Shown piece by piece: positions 1 through 11,080 of a DNA stretch of 22,661 nt. Source of the stretch: Azolla caroliniana (lineage: Eukaryota > Plantae > Polypodiophyta); assembly GCA_043228905.1 (NCBI GenBank), contig JBHGNT010000501.1, positions 1-22,661 of the forward strand, given 5' to 3'. The position numbers were made by a program, and so were the translations under genes. Positions within the stretch are counted from its first letter, which is position 1. Each line of letters begins with the position of its first letter. Below the pieces are notes generated by a model that was given only the letters and a program-made list of their open reading frames with translations, was not told the origin of the DNA and made no database searches.

Positions 1-1419
1 ACGAAGAAAAGAGGGTTTCGGAACCGATTCCGAAACCAAGATCCAGACTGGAAGACCATCAACCGCAGGCTCGTGAGACTACGACCGAGAAGGGAATCGA
101 CGGAACCATGGTGGAGCAGCTGCTGAAGGATATGGAGAATCTAAAAATCGCAATGGTGAAGAAGTCGGATGACTGTCCCACAAGTTCCAAGTATATGGAC
201 CGCCGGTGTATATGGTGTGATAATACTGAACATGATCGGAGGGATTGTGACGAGCACAAGGAGGCGTTACGACGAGATCTTATCTACTACGAGGGAAATC
301 AGATTCATTCGATGGACTCTTGGAAGCCACTCCGACCGAACATCCGGAAAGGTGGCATGAAGAAGGTCCTAGAGGAGGAAATAGCGGTGAAAGGTAATTA
401 TGCGACAACCGCGGGAATAAGTGTCGATGAGTCATCGGGAGCAAAGGCGTCTTTTTGGCCGGATGTGCTAGAAAACCCTGAGAAAACCGACTCCAATGAG
501 GTCCGAAGCACCGCGGAAGGCATTCGTGAAGCTACGGGATGGGGGTGCCCCATCGATAAGAATAGTGTACGCCTTATGTCAATTGCATGAAGTGTATATA
601 GACGAGAAACGACGGCGCACGGATGATGCGGGCGGACCATCGAAGACACCGGAAAGCTGGAACTCCGGAGGGAAGGGAAAAGAAACGAAGATTCTTGCAT
701 TCAAGCTCGCCTCGGACATAGAACAACAACCGGACTTGAAAAAGGTGTTCAAGGAGAGAATCCTCAATAGCCGGGTAGAATTTTCGCTTTGGGAATTACT
801 TGGAATAGCGAAGAAGGAGTTCCACGATCTTCTTGTGGATCTCGTGAAGAGAAAAAGACAAAGTACGGAGGAAAATGCTCCAAGGGTGAATGCAAATACC
901 GTTTTAATGAATTACACCGAATTGGAGGACGAAATTCCGAACTCCCACTACACAAGGCCACATTGGACACGTGCAACTATGGAGACTCCGGTCCGAATCG
1001 GCAATATCAAAGAGCCTGTGCTAGCATTGATTGATCACGGATCGGAGATCAACTTGATGTCCAAGGAGTTCTACCGGAAGGGGAAGTGGCCTATTAATAC
1101 TAATCATGAATGGAAGATCCGGGCAACCACTAAAGCAACAAAAGACCTATTTGTGGCTTGTCCGGATGTGACGGTGAAGATCAGAGATGTGGAGATAGAC
1201 CAAAATTTCTTTGTGCAAGATGAGGTTTCACACTCCGTGATCCTCGGGCAACCCTTTATCACGACATCATGGATGGAGACGAAGGTGCTCGATAGTGGTG
1301 CGGCTTTCGCACGAATTCGGAGTCAAAGCGGAGGGAAATCCATCCAATTCCTAACTGTCCCTGCAAATCATGAAAGGAACAAGAGGGAGCTCTTGTCCCA
1401 AAAAAAGATGGATTTTTAG
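1..1419 (+). pseudogene. gag-pro: Gypsy gag C-terminus (zinc knuckle) and aspartic protease, frameshifted near 570-590
   Basis: CIWCDNTEHDRRDC (CX2CX4HX4C) in ORF 108..590; ALIDHGSEINLM protease active site and VILGQPF in ORF 496..1419. Confidence 0.9.
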
Positions 1420-1929
1420 AGCGGACTGTTGCGAAGTGGGGAAGTGATAGCCCAAGAAGCCCTGATACTCCACACAGGAAGAAAAATCTCGGAGCAAAAA
1501 AAGTATGAATCGGTCCTAATGGGGCATCTACGTACACGGCCGTAACCGGAGGAATGAAGAAAGAATACCGAAAAGTAGAGGATAAGTTACGGTTGGCATC
1601 AATAATAAAAGAAGACAAAGAAATCGTGGGAGTAGTCGAAGAAGTGTTCTATGGGAGCACGCTACAACGGCTTGAAGAGCTTGCAAAAGAAAATAGCCAG
1701 GGAGACTGGGTAGTTCCGGTGGAATCAGTCGAGATGTACGAGATCATTGCGAAAATGGGGTCAGATGCGCTTCGCAAAGAAGAAGCAATGGTAAGTACAA
1801 AATACATGACCGTGGAGAAGAAATTGAACCAGCCGCGGGACCGCTACCTGCCGATAGCGAACAAACGAGGAAAGAAGTCTCGGGAGACAGAAGAAACTTC
1901 GGATCGGTGGAGGTGGTTTACTTTTACAA

Positions 1930-4872
1930 AATGAAGAAGAACGATTCCGTGGGATGTTGGAACAACATGGGAAAGCATTTGCATTCACATCGAAGGAGAT
2001 AGGGTGCGTTGACTCGAAGATGGTGGAGTCGATGGTGATCTTCACGTTTGCCCATGTGCCGTGGAACCTAAAGCCGATTCCGGTGCCGCGGGCTCATATT
2101 CCCAAAATCATCGACTTGCTCAAGGAGAAGGTGGCGATGGGGATTCTAGAGTAATCAAACGCTCTGTACTCAAATCGATGGTTTACGGTTTCGAAGAAGA
2201 ATGGGTCACTCCGGTTTATTCAAGACTTGCAACCGGTGAACAAGGTCACGATCCGAAACTCCGGAGTCGGTCTAATAGTGGATGAATTTGCGGAAGCATT
2301 TGCCGGACGCGCGATATACTCCATCGGAGACCTATACTCTGGGTATGACCAATTCCAACTAGCCTTGGAGAGCCGAGACATCACTATCATGCAAACACTG
2401 ATAGGATTAGTCTGTATGTGCACACTACCAAAGGCACAACGAACTCGGTCGCACATATGATGAATGCAATGAACAAGGTGGTTCGAGATTGCATTCCGGA
2501 GATAACGATGTCGTTCCTAGATGACATTCCAATGAAAGGATGCGCAGTGGAAGAAAAAGATGAGACTATGGATGATCAAGGATGCCGACAATTCGTAGTC
2601 GACCATATTCGCGGTTGCGAGAAAGTGCTATGAAAGTTAGAAGATGTGCACCTAACACTTTCCGGAGAGAAATCGGCATTCGGACAAGAAGAAATATTGG
2701 TAGTCTGACATCTATGTGGGCCCTACGGCCGAAGACCGTCACCAACCAAGATCGATGCGATTCAAGCTATGAAAGAAGTATGCGAGTCACAATCCGAAGT
2801 CTGAAGGTTTCTTGGAGCTTGTTTATTTTATCACATATGGATTCCGCACTATGCACATATTGCAGACCCACTCTATCACTTATTGCGGAAGGGGAAGAAG
2901 TTTGAATGGAAACTAGAACACACCAAAAGCATGAAGAAGCTCAAGAAAACACTATGGAGGGTTGAAGCACTTAAGAATCCAAGCTATGAGTGACCAATCA
3001 TAGAAACGGTTGATACAAGTCCAACCGGGATCGGATGGGTCATCAATCAAGCTGACTCGGATGGGTTGCGATATCCGATCCGATTCGGGGCAAAGATTCT
3101 CAACGAAAGGCAATGCGGATATGCACAAGGCAAAAGAGAATTATGGGGAGTCATGTCGGCAATCAAATCAGATCGAGATTATTTGATCGGAGCCGAGGTA
3201 GAAATCAAAACACATTGTCTTCCGATACTCGGGATGATGTGGTGTTGCACGATACCGGATGTGGCTATGCTAAGATGGATTGCATATGTTAAGTCGCATA
3301 ACCCGGACGTACGACACATCTCCGAAAAAGACAATGCGGTAGCGGATATGCTATCAAGGGCTCGGTTCGGAGACGACATATCCGAATCCGATAATGAAGA
3401 AGTTTCTGAAGACTACTTTGCTTCGGAGCACATATGCCAAGTGAACATAATCCGAGAATTCCGATAAGAAGAATACGAGGGAGAAAGCTTGATGATCGGG
3501 AAGGTGTTACAAGAGATTGAGGAATCACCGGACAACAAAGAGAAGAGAGCCGAGATCCGAAGGAAGAAGAGGCAAGTCCAAAAGTTCTTCTTGAAAAATG
3601 GATTAATATGGAGGGAGCCGAAAACACCGCATGGCATGCCAGTTCGGGTAGTCGGGACGAAAGAGCAACCAAACCGGATAATGTCCGAGTTTCACGAATC
3701 CGATTGGGTTGGAAATCGAGGGACATGGGCAACTTTTGTGAAAATCAAACAAAAATATTGGTGGAAGAATATGTACAAAGATATAGCAAAGTTCACAGAA
3801 AGCTACGAGAAGTATCAAATCTATTCCGGAGTTCGACACCGAGATGAGTTACATCCGACATTCTCACCAAGAATCAACTTCAAATGGATGGTCGACATTG
3901 TAGCCATGCCAACCGGGATTGGACAAAAGAAGTACTTGGTGTTAGCTCGGGAAGATCTCATAAATGAAGTAGAAGGTCGGGCGCCACGAAGGAAAACATG
4001 TTCTACGGTATGGCAATTTCTTTTGGAGGAGGTGTTTTGCAAGTACGGGTGCGTAGGACAAGTGATTGCGGATTGGGGAGAATTTGACTTTGATAAAGTT
4101 AGGGAATTCTTCACCAAACATGAGGTTCGGTTAACACTAACAACGGCATACAATCCGGAGGCCAACGGGAAAATCGAATGAGGACATACTCCGATCATCA
4201 AAGCACTTGCCAAAGCATGCGACGGAAGGGTGAAGGATTGGCCGCAGATGCTCCCGAATGCACTATGGGCGGATCGGACGACGCATACCTCCCGTAACCG
4301 GTTATATGCCGACAGAACTTATGACCGGACAAGCACCGGTAATGCCGACGGAAACTGCGATCGCGAGATGGACAATGCTACCGTGGACAGAAGAGATGAG
4401 CCGAGAAGAACTACTAGCGGTCCGGATACAACAACTAGAGGGAAGACCGGAAGACATAGGGGAAGCAACATGCCGACAACAAGAAGCGCGATTCCGGAAC
4501 AAAAGCCGATTCGACACAAAGCACCGACTACGACCACGGAAGATTGAAGAAGGAGATTGGGTGATTGTCTATGACAGTGGTTTGGATCATCAACATACAA
4601 CGATATGGAAGTTCGAGAAAAGGTGGTTCGGGCCATATGAGGTTTGGAAAGTTTTCGACAACAGAACTTACCGACTATGCGAGTTGGATGGAACGATACT
4701 ACGAGTGCCTATAACGGGGAAACGGGTAAAGATCTTCAAGAAGCGGACTGAAAACGAACCCTATGTAACCCTAGACAAGACCGACAACGAGGAGCAACTG
4801 GACAAAGATCGCGGTGATGCAGAAAGCGAAGAAAGTCGACATAAGGGGAGAATCGGAGAGTGCTACGGATGA
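1930..4872 (+). pseudogene. pol: Gypsy pol (RT, RNase H, integrase), fragmented
   Basis: RT: RFIQDLQPVN, DLYSGYDQF, FLDDIP. RNase H: DTSPTGIGW, NAVADMLSR. Integrase: FKWMVDIVAM, TTAYNPEANGKIE, ALWADRTT, WFGPYEV. Split over many short ORFs by stops and frameshifts. Confidence 0.92.
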
Positions 4873-4920
4873 AGGCGAATAATGAGCATTGGGAACTTCG
4901 GCATATACTAGAGGATGTGC

Positions 4921-4938
4921 GGGTTTGGAGGGGGCGAG
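4921..4938 (+). other. Polypurine tract of Gypsy 1
   Basis: GGGTTTGGAGGGGGCGAG immediately before the LTR's TG at 4939. Confidence 0.8.
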
Positions 4939-5833
4939 TGTCGTACTGTAATTCGCACACTATGTGAAAATTGCATTTTGGTTCCTCCGAATGGGACAAG
5001 GAGGAACCGGTAAGGAGAACCGGTGAGAACCAGATGAAGGAGGACCCGATCAGGAGAACCGGTGAGAACCGAATGGAGGAGGAACCGACAAGGAGGACCC
5101 GGTAAGAACCGGATCAAGCAGAACCGGCCAGAGCCGGATAAAGAAGGCCGGTGAGAGTCTCTCACCGAATGAAGAAACAAATTTATAAATAGTAGAAAAG
5201 ATTGTTACATGCATAGGGCAGGATTCAAACCCTATACCTCAACATAGACAAACCCCAACCTTACCATTGTACTAACTTATCGTAAGTGTTCTAAATATAG
5301 ATTTAATACATATAAGACCTTTATTTACGCCTACCCTTATTAAAAGGTAAGTCATGCATTTTTAGAATGCGTGAATACTTTATTTATAAGAAAAATGTAC
5401 ACCAATAAAAAATTACTCGTGTACATCTAGCGAGCATGAGCACTATATTTAGGAAATAAAAGCATAGTGTAAAAAGAAACTCATGGACATTTAGTGTGCA
5501 TGAACACTTTAGAAAAAGCATGAAGCTATGCTTAGCCTCTTCCATCCTTATATAAGGAGGAGAGAAAAATGTATGATGTTGTTGATTTTTTTACAAGGAT
5601 TGATCAATGTAATATATTCGTGGGATTCACGAATTTATCATAAAAATTCTCTTTCTGACAATCTAAACATTGATTAAATAAACTAAACACGTGGGATTCA
5701 TAAGTTTTTATTTCTTACTTCTCTTTCTATCTATTCATAACTAGCCTTATATTGTATTCTTCTTTCTCCTAGTCCAAAACCTCAATGTTTCCCACCCGAC
5801 TCACGCAACGATCCGGAGCCGAAAGGCACGACA
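4939..5833 (+). repeat. 3' LTR of Gypsy 1 (895 bp)
   Basis: Starts TGTCGT after the PPT and ends ACGACA (6-bp terminal inverted repeat). Contains a GAACCGG repeat tract at ~5000-5170 and a TATA-like TATATAAG at ~5549. Confidence 0.85.
5216..5276 (-). other. Degenerate tRNA-like Pol III A/B-box module in LTR 1
   Basis: Minus strand reads TAGTACAATGG (A-box-like) and GGTTTGAATCC (B-box-like) with tRNA-like spacing; GTC lies at the anticodon position. Stems are degenerate. Confidence 0.5.
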
Positions 5834-5913
5834 ACGCCAATAAGGCCTCTAAGAAAACAATTATTTAGATCATAACAACCCTATTATAGTGGTGCTTTTG
5901 GTGCATTATATAG

Positions 5914-6800
5914 ATACTATTATGAGTGGTTCTATTGACAATGAACCCCAACCTGCGATTGACACCATCCCTAAATCTGATGAACGCTTAGATGTTGTGG
6001 AGAAGGTGACTAACCCTACCACTTGCAATGAGTTGTCTATAACTGTATAGTATGACAATGTAACAATAGGTAAAAATGTGGTTATTAACCTCCTATGTTT
6101 ATAGTTACTAGTATGTTTGCAAACTTTTGAGTATGTGAGTTGATAGTGATATTCTCTGGGATGCCATTATTTAGGTTTACAAGAGCAGTCAGATTCCCAA
6201 CTGCAATCAAACGAATCGGGAACTATATGGAGCACAAGTGAAGAGTTAGATTTTGGGACTATCCTTTGCATAGAGGCAGACTCTGGAAGTACATCTTCCA
6301 CACTAGTACTGAAGAGAAGCCTGATTGTACTAAGAACGAGCATAGTAAAATCACCCATGAGGACCGGGCAATAAAGACCACCCAAGAAGGGGAGCACGAT
6401 GGTCCTAAGAATGAGATGACAACCACCATACAGGAGGAGTTGACCATGAGTACTGTTACAACCCACAAATAGGAGCCTAATTGTAATGAGAACGAGCATA
6501 CTAGCATCACTCATGAGGACAGGGCGATAAAGACCACCCAAGAAGGGGAGCATGGTGGTTTTAAGAATGAGCTGACAACCACCATCCAGGAGGAGTTGAC
6601 CATGAGTACTACCACAACCTACATACAGGAGTCTGATTGTACTAAGAACGAGCATACTAGCATCACCCATGAGGATAGGGCAATAAAGACCACCCAGGAA
6701 GGGGAGCATGATGGTTTTAAGAATGAGGTGACTATCACCATCTAGGAGGAGTTCACCATGAGTATTGCTACAGCTCACATACAAGAGCCTAATATGATAT
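5914..6800 (+). pseudogene. Degenerate spliced low-complexity coding fragment containing 52-codon repeats
   Basis: Candidate GT-AG intron 6070-6174. Flanking frames read as T/E/S/D-rich protein with scattered stops. No recognisable domain. Confidence 0.35.
6320..6787. repeat. Tandem repeat, 3 x 156 bp
   Basis: Units start at 6320, 6476 and 6632 (cctgattgtactaagaacgagcat...), with a fourth start at 6788. The period is a multiple of 3. Confidence 0.9.
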
Positions 6801-6964
6801 ATATAAACTAAGAGCCCACTAATATGAATGTCAAATGTTCACTAATACATAGTAGTCTTGTATAAACTGCTACAACCCAGTAATATGAATGTCAAATGAA
6901 CTACAAGAGGATGTTTTTCAGCTGCCAACTACAATGTATTAATAGGGCCCAACTTTCCAGCATT

Positions 6965-7118
6965 AAACAGAGAGATCTCCCCCAATATGTGCTCATGAAC
7001 CTCTTAGGGGACCTTGCAGACAGTGTTGTATCCCTTAACCTTGTGCTTTTCTTGAGTCATATTGAACTCGATCGCAATAATGGCAGCAATGTAAATTATT
7101 GCGGTGGGTGCATCTTTT
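6965..7118 (-). pseudogene. C-terminal piece of the older host transposase gene, separated from its upstream part by the Sola1-like insertion
   Basis: In frame with 15914-15972 once the inserted element and one TSD copy are removed: ...NTYALL|KDAPTAIIYIAAIIAIEFNMTQEKHKVKGYNTVCKVP*EVHEHIL. Confidence 0.6.
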
Positions 7119-7122
7119 AGTA

Positions 7123-7158
7123 AACACGTTCGCGTTCACAAGTGGAAGGATCGCGCAT
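7123..7158 (+). repeat. Left TIR
   Basis: AACACGTTCGCGTTCACAAGTGGAAGGATCGCGCAT matches the reverse complement of 15878-15913 at 35/36 positions. Confidence 0.95.
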
Positions 7159-7481
7159 AAATGGAAGGATAAGGGTAATTTTAGGGGTTTTTCAATGATT
7201 TTACAAAACACATTGATACCAGTATCATACAAGTTCAAACATACTATGAAAAAGGTTAAAAATCCACTATTTTCGTGATTTAGAAGTAACTAAAAAAAGA
7301 CGAATTTCAAAAACGTACATTCTCAATTTATATCACAAACTTTACAACCAATGTTATTTTATAAGAAACGATTTTTGGGAAATCATAAGAATTCAAAACA
7401 CATGATTTTATATTACTCGATTTGTTACAAGCGGAATGTAGTTACACTTAATAGCCAAATATACATTCATGATAGAGTCCT

Positions 7482-10262
7482 TTACGGAGAATCACTACTA
7501 TAACTAATATACAATGACGATTCCTCCTCATCATCCTCGGATGTACCAATCAGTGCATTATCTTCGTCATAAACCAAATGGTTTAACTCTAGATTATATG
7601 TAGCAGATCTCGTTTGCCTTTGACTCGAGCCACCTTGTAGACCTGGTAATTTTTCTTTTATTATATCTATTGTTGACTTCCTTAATCGTCCGGCTTTTGT
7701 AAGTGTGAAGTCGTACACGATGATATCCACATCAGAGATATCAAGGGTCGAGGTGTTACGAATGTTTCGCTTCCTCTTCCTACCTCCCCTTCTTGTTTGG
7801 CATTCAATCATCTCCAATGTATACTTACCTATAAAAGCATTTGCACTTCTAGTGTTGTACCAATGAACATTTATAGACTTGATCGTGTTTTCTATTTCAT
7901 GCATTAGCACTTCTAGAATTTTACCAACCCAAAATTGGTGGCCATGTGAGTTCTCATCAGCCGGCGTTGCAATCAACATCCCCGCGGTGAGCTCTTGCAA
8001 ATTTCCTTGCCATCTAGCTTCGGCTGCTTTGGTCATCCTTGGTCCCACATAAATGTCTCTTTGTTGTGGATGGACCAAGCTGTCATTAATCGCATTTACT
8101 AGTCGCTCCGGACTTCTATTTACGCGATCATGTTGCAGCGACCATGTGAATGGCGTTTCCAAATTCCAATTATCAACAGATACACAATTGTCTATAATTT
8201 CATTCTGATCACTATAAAATACATCCCACCATGACGTGTCTTGTTGTGCGGCATATTTCTTGGCGGCCTCAATATGCTTTCTTTTTTCTTCTAAGGCTTG
8301 GAGCCATGACCGTTTTTGTTCTGATACCAAGTCGCTCTGCAACTGTCCTTTCTTCTCAATTGGCATTTGCTTAGCTCCATGGACAATTGTACTCGGCATA
8401 CAAAGTAATAACTGGCAACCACCTTCAGGTTCCCATGTTGTAGAAGATGAATATTGTTTAGCATACAAAAGTGTAGAACCACTTATTCCATTTTTCTTTA
8501 TCAAAAAAAAGTGATTGAAACTTATATTGTTTAACTGAGCAAGCACTTTAACATTCCCACCACCCCCATCTAATATATATCTCTTAAAGTCATATACCTC
8601 CTTCAAGTGTAACACTTTTGGGCGTGGTGTATATGCATCACAAATGACATCAAATAGTTTAGGTAAAGTGAAAGCATCATGCCGAGACAACTGTCTGGAG
8701 AATGTGCTAAACATCTGATCTATATGGTCATGTGTGTGGCCAACCAAAAGGAAATTGACTTTCACTTTCCTAAACAATTCTAGGTTGACCAACATACTTA
8801 GATAGCCAAATACAGTTGAATTTTTGTTCTCGCTAGCAGTATTGTCCAATTGAATGTATAGAACAGGGGGGAAAGGTTGTCCCCAAGACATCAAAACTCG
8901 GTGAATCACTGTAACTGTTAGGTTAGGGTCATTGTGAACATTGGGGTAAGTAATGAAGACGTGAGGTCGAACAGACCTATTATAAGCCAAGCATCCCACC
9001 AAGTGCATTTGAACAAGGCACTCATCATTGACATCTTTGGGGAGCCTCCGCATATGCGGCAAGAATGTCTTCTTCTGGTCCATGCCATCTATCATTAAGC
9101 ACATGTATTGTTCAGGCCTCTTCAAACACTTCTCTCTATGATGCATCGCCTTCCTTCGTTCTAAGGATTGTGCCTCACGATGCTCTTGTAGTAACTTCTT
9201 ACTCGTATCCTTTTCCATTGATGTCTTTGCACCTTTAGCCAAACTTTTAAGATTTGCACAAATGGAGCAATACCCCATACGTACTTTACGAGGAATAATA
9301 ACATTTGAAAACCGAGCTCTCCATAATCTTGTGAATTGGCTATAGGTGATAGACTTATTACGTGAGCCCAGCATTTCAGATCGATAGACATCATAAACTT
9401 CCCGACGGGTATAATTATCAGAAAGATGCATCCTACCTGTAGTGGGCATTACTTCACAATTTAACTGAAAGTAAGTTTTCATCCAGCCAATAGCTAGTCT
9501 TCCAATTGCACCTTTCATACTTGGAACCTCTTTACAATTGAGCATCTGATCCCCGCTAAGTAGACGTTGTTGTACTCTATGTAGCCGCATGTTACTAACA
9601 CATAACGCAATTTTGAATGCAACTCTACATATCTGTTGCGCATGGAAGATATAATACTCGAATGATACTTTGATCCCCGTACATTTGTCAGATACTAGTT
9701 GCATATGTGATCCGAGGTAAGTGTCTTGCTCATCACCGGTCATCGAAAAATAGTATCGCCTTAATTCTCGCAACTTTGATTTTCCAATCATAGACATACA
9801 ACCACGGGCACAACATATTTTGTTGACATCAAATCCAATCTGTTTATCTGATGTCACCAAGCTAAATCTAGCCAGATGAATTCTTCGTGGGATTCTTCTA
9901 ATATGCATAGGGCTCCCAGATTTCTCTTCCTGCATAGAGGTTGGTGTAACCTTGTTACAGTCTAATTCTCTGTTCTGACCATCGCCAATGTTATTCAATG
10001 TTTCCTGGGCACTTCCTTCATTCTCGGTATCTTTATTAATATCGTATTCTTCAATAGAGAACTCTTCACATGTGTCATTATTTACATTCCCTGTAGATGA
10101 GCTCAGACAATATTCTTCGATAGAATATGGTGAGTCGGTCGACAGACAATATTCTTCAATCGAATATGGTGACTCTGTTGACAAACAATACTCTTCAGTA
10201 GAAAACGATGGGTCTGATGACAAACAATATTCTTCAATCGAGAACGGTGAATCTTCACTCAT
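7482..10262 (-). CDS. Sola1-like DDD transposase, 926 aa, intact and intronless
   Basis: Candidate catalytic motifs IDGMDQ (9075-9089), QLDNTASENKN (8841-8852 for QLDN) and GHTHDHIDQMFS (8715-8741 for GHTHDHIDQ). Cys motifs CCARGC and CSIC. Located between TIRs. Sola1 assignment is from motif recall plus the 4-bp TSD. Confidence 0.85.
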   Translation of the reverse strand: MSEDSPFSIEEYCLSSDPSFSTEEYCLSTESPYSIEEYCLSTDSPYSIEEYCLSSSTGNVNNDTCEEFSIEEYDINKDTENEGSAQETLNNIGDGQNRELDCNKVTPTSMQEEKSGSPMHIRRIPRRIHLARFSLVTSDKQIGFDVNKICCARGCMSMIGKSKLRELRRYYFSMTGDEQDTYLGSHMQLVSDKCTGIKVSFEYYIFHAQQICRVAFKIALCVSNMRLHRVQQRLLSGDQMLNCKEVPSMKGAIGRLAIGWMKTYFQLNCEVMPTTGRMHLSDNYTRREVYDVYRSEMLGSRNKSITYSQFTRLWRARFSNVIIPRKVRMGYCSICANLKSLAKGAKTSMEKDTSKKLLQEHREAQSLERRKAMHHREKCLKRPEQYMCLMIDGMDQKKTFLPHMRRLPKDVNDECLVQMHLVGCLAYNRSVRPHVFITYPNVHNDPNLTVTVIHRVLMSWGQPFPPVLYIQLDNTASENKNSTVFGYLSMLVNLELFRKVKVNFLLVGHTHDHIDQMFSTFSRQLSRHDAFTLPKLFDVICDAYTPRPKVLHLKEVYDFKRYILDGGGGNVKVLAQLNNISFNHFFLIKKNGISGSTLLYAKQYSSSTTWEPEGGCQLLLCMPSTIVHGAKQMPIEKKGQLQSDLVSEQKRSWLQALEEKRKHIEAAKKYAAQQDTSWWDVFYSDQNEIIDNCVSVDNWNLETPFTWSLQHDRVNRSPERLVNAINDSLVHPQQRDIYVGPRMTKAAEARWQGNLQELTAGMLIATPADENSHGHQFWVGKILEVLMHEIENTIKSINVHWYNTRSANAFIGKYTLEMIECQTRRGGRKRKRNIRNTSTLDISDVDIIVYDFTLTKAGRLRKSTIDIIKEKLPGLQGGSSQRQTRSATYNLELNHLVYDEDNALIGTSEDDEEESSLYISYSSDSP
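10103..10256 (-). repeat. 36-bp coding tandem repeat (SP[F/Y]SIEEYCLS[S/T][D/E]) x4 at the transposase N-terminus
   Basis: Visible directly in the translation; a fifth partial copy (FSIEEYD) follows. Confidence 0.9.
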
Positions 10263-10292
10263 GGCTTAAGGTCTAGATAGGGCTCTCTAAGT

Positions 10293-10346
10293 TATACTCC
10301 TCTCTAAACATATACTCCTCCCTAAACATAAACTTCTCTCTAAACA
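10293..10346. repeat. 3 x 18-bp tandem repeat upstream of the transposase ATG
   Basis: tatactcctctctaaaca / tatactcctccctaaaca / taaacttctctctaaaca. Confidence 0.85.
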
Positions 10347-10429
10347 AAAGCCAAATCAATAGAATGTCCATATTATGTAATATTCTATTAATACAATACA
10401 TCTAAAAATTATTTTTAATAAAGTAATTT

Positions 10430-10945
10430 TACTTAAATTATCAATCATTATATAAACTAGATCTAAATGATGTTAAATCAAGTAAAATATAAAACTAATC
10501 ATTAACAAGCCTTGAATATATTGGATTAATGTTAAAATCATTGGCTAATTAATGGCACCCATTTTGATATAGAACGTCTCACGCATTGGTTCTTTAATGC
10601 TCACCATTTTAAATATTAGACTTATCAATCATTGGTTAATTCATGCCCACATCTTTAATACATAACATTTGAGAGTCATAAAAATTGTTGCTTTTAGTAA
10701 TCAATCATTGGTACATTCATGAACCTCTATCATTGTCTCCTTCATAACCTTTGAAGTCATTGTAGGTTGTTATGACTATAAAAGATTGATCAATTTGTTA
10801 GTTTGACTTTGTAATCATTAATACAATCATAAGTTACTCTAGTTAATGTGACTATGGTTACCAACTAACTATCCTCAAAGTTACCAACATTGGTTAAGGT
10901 GACTATGGTTACTTTAACCAATGTGTTCAATCCCTATAAATAGGA
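10430..10945. promoter_or_regulatory. Putative bidirectional promoter with a CCAAT array and TATA box
   Basis: ATTGG (CCAAT on - strand) at 10520, 10540, 10585, 10631, 10707 and 10889; CCAAT at 10918; TATAAATA at 10935-10942 facing the methyltransferase gene. Confidence 0.55.
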
Positions 10946-10968
10946 AGACCTCGTCATATTTCACTCAC

Positions 10969-11045
10969 CAGAGCGTACAGAGCACACAGAACGTAGAGAG
11001 CACACAGAGCACACAAAGCACTCAGAGCACAAAGCACGAAAGCGC
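10969..11045 (+). repeat. CAGAGCA/CACA-rich short repeats in the probable 5' UTR
   Basis: Repeated (ca)cagagca/caaagca units starting about 30 bp downstream of the TATA box. Confidence 0.6.
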
Positions 11046-11080
11046 GATCTCCGCCTCCACTTCAACACGATAACCTATAC

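Larger units (their letters stand above)
1..5833 (+). mobile_element. Decayed Ty3/Gypsy LTR retrotransposon (5' end outside window)
   Basis: Domain order gag-PR-RT-RH-IN, followed by a polypurine tract and an LTR with TGTCGT...ACGACA termini. Many stops and frameshifts. Confidence 0.95.

Noticed and set aside
560-600. Programmed ribosomal frameshift between gag and protease
   Set aside because: No clear slippery heptamer, and the element has many other random frameshifts and stops.
5216-5276. Functional tRNA gene (likewise 19368-19426)
   Set aside because: Acceptor and anticodon stems do not pair; only the promoter boxes and spacing are tRNA-like.
6167-6784. 205-aa hydrophobic minus-strand ORF as a membrane protein
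   Set aside because: It is the antisense shadow of the 156-bp repeat, with no independent support.
7117-7124. 8-bp (hAT/Zisupton-type) or 6-bp TSD instead of 4-bp
   Set aside because: The 8-bp reading (TTAGTAAA vs TTAGTAAT) has a mismatch. The 6-bp reading TAGTAA is formally possible with a TIR one base shorter, but 4-bp AGTA gives the longest TIR and fits Sola. Other copies are needed to settle it.
9988-10269. Plus-strand 93-aa repeat ORF
   Set aside because: It is the antisense of the transposase N-terminal repeats.
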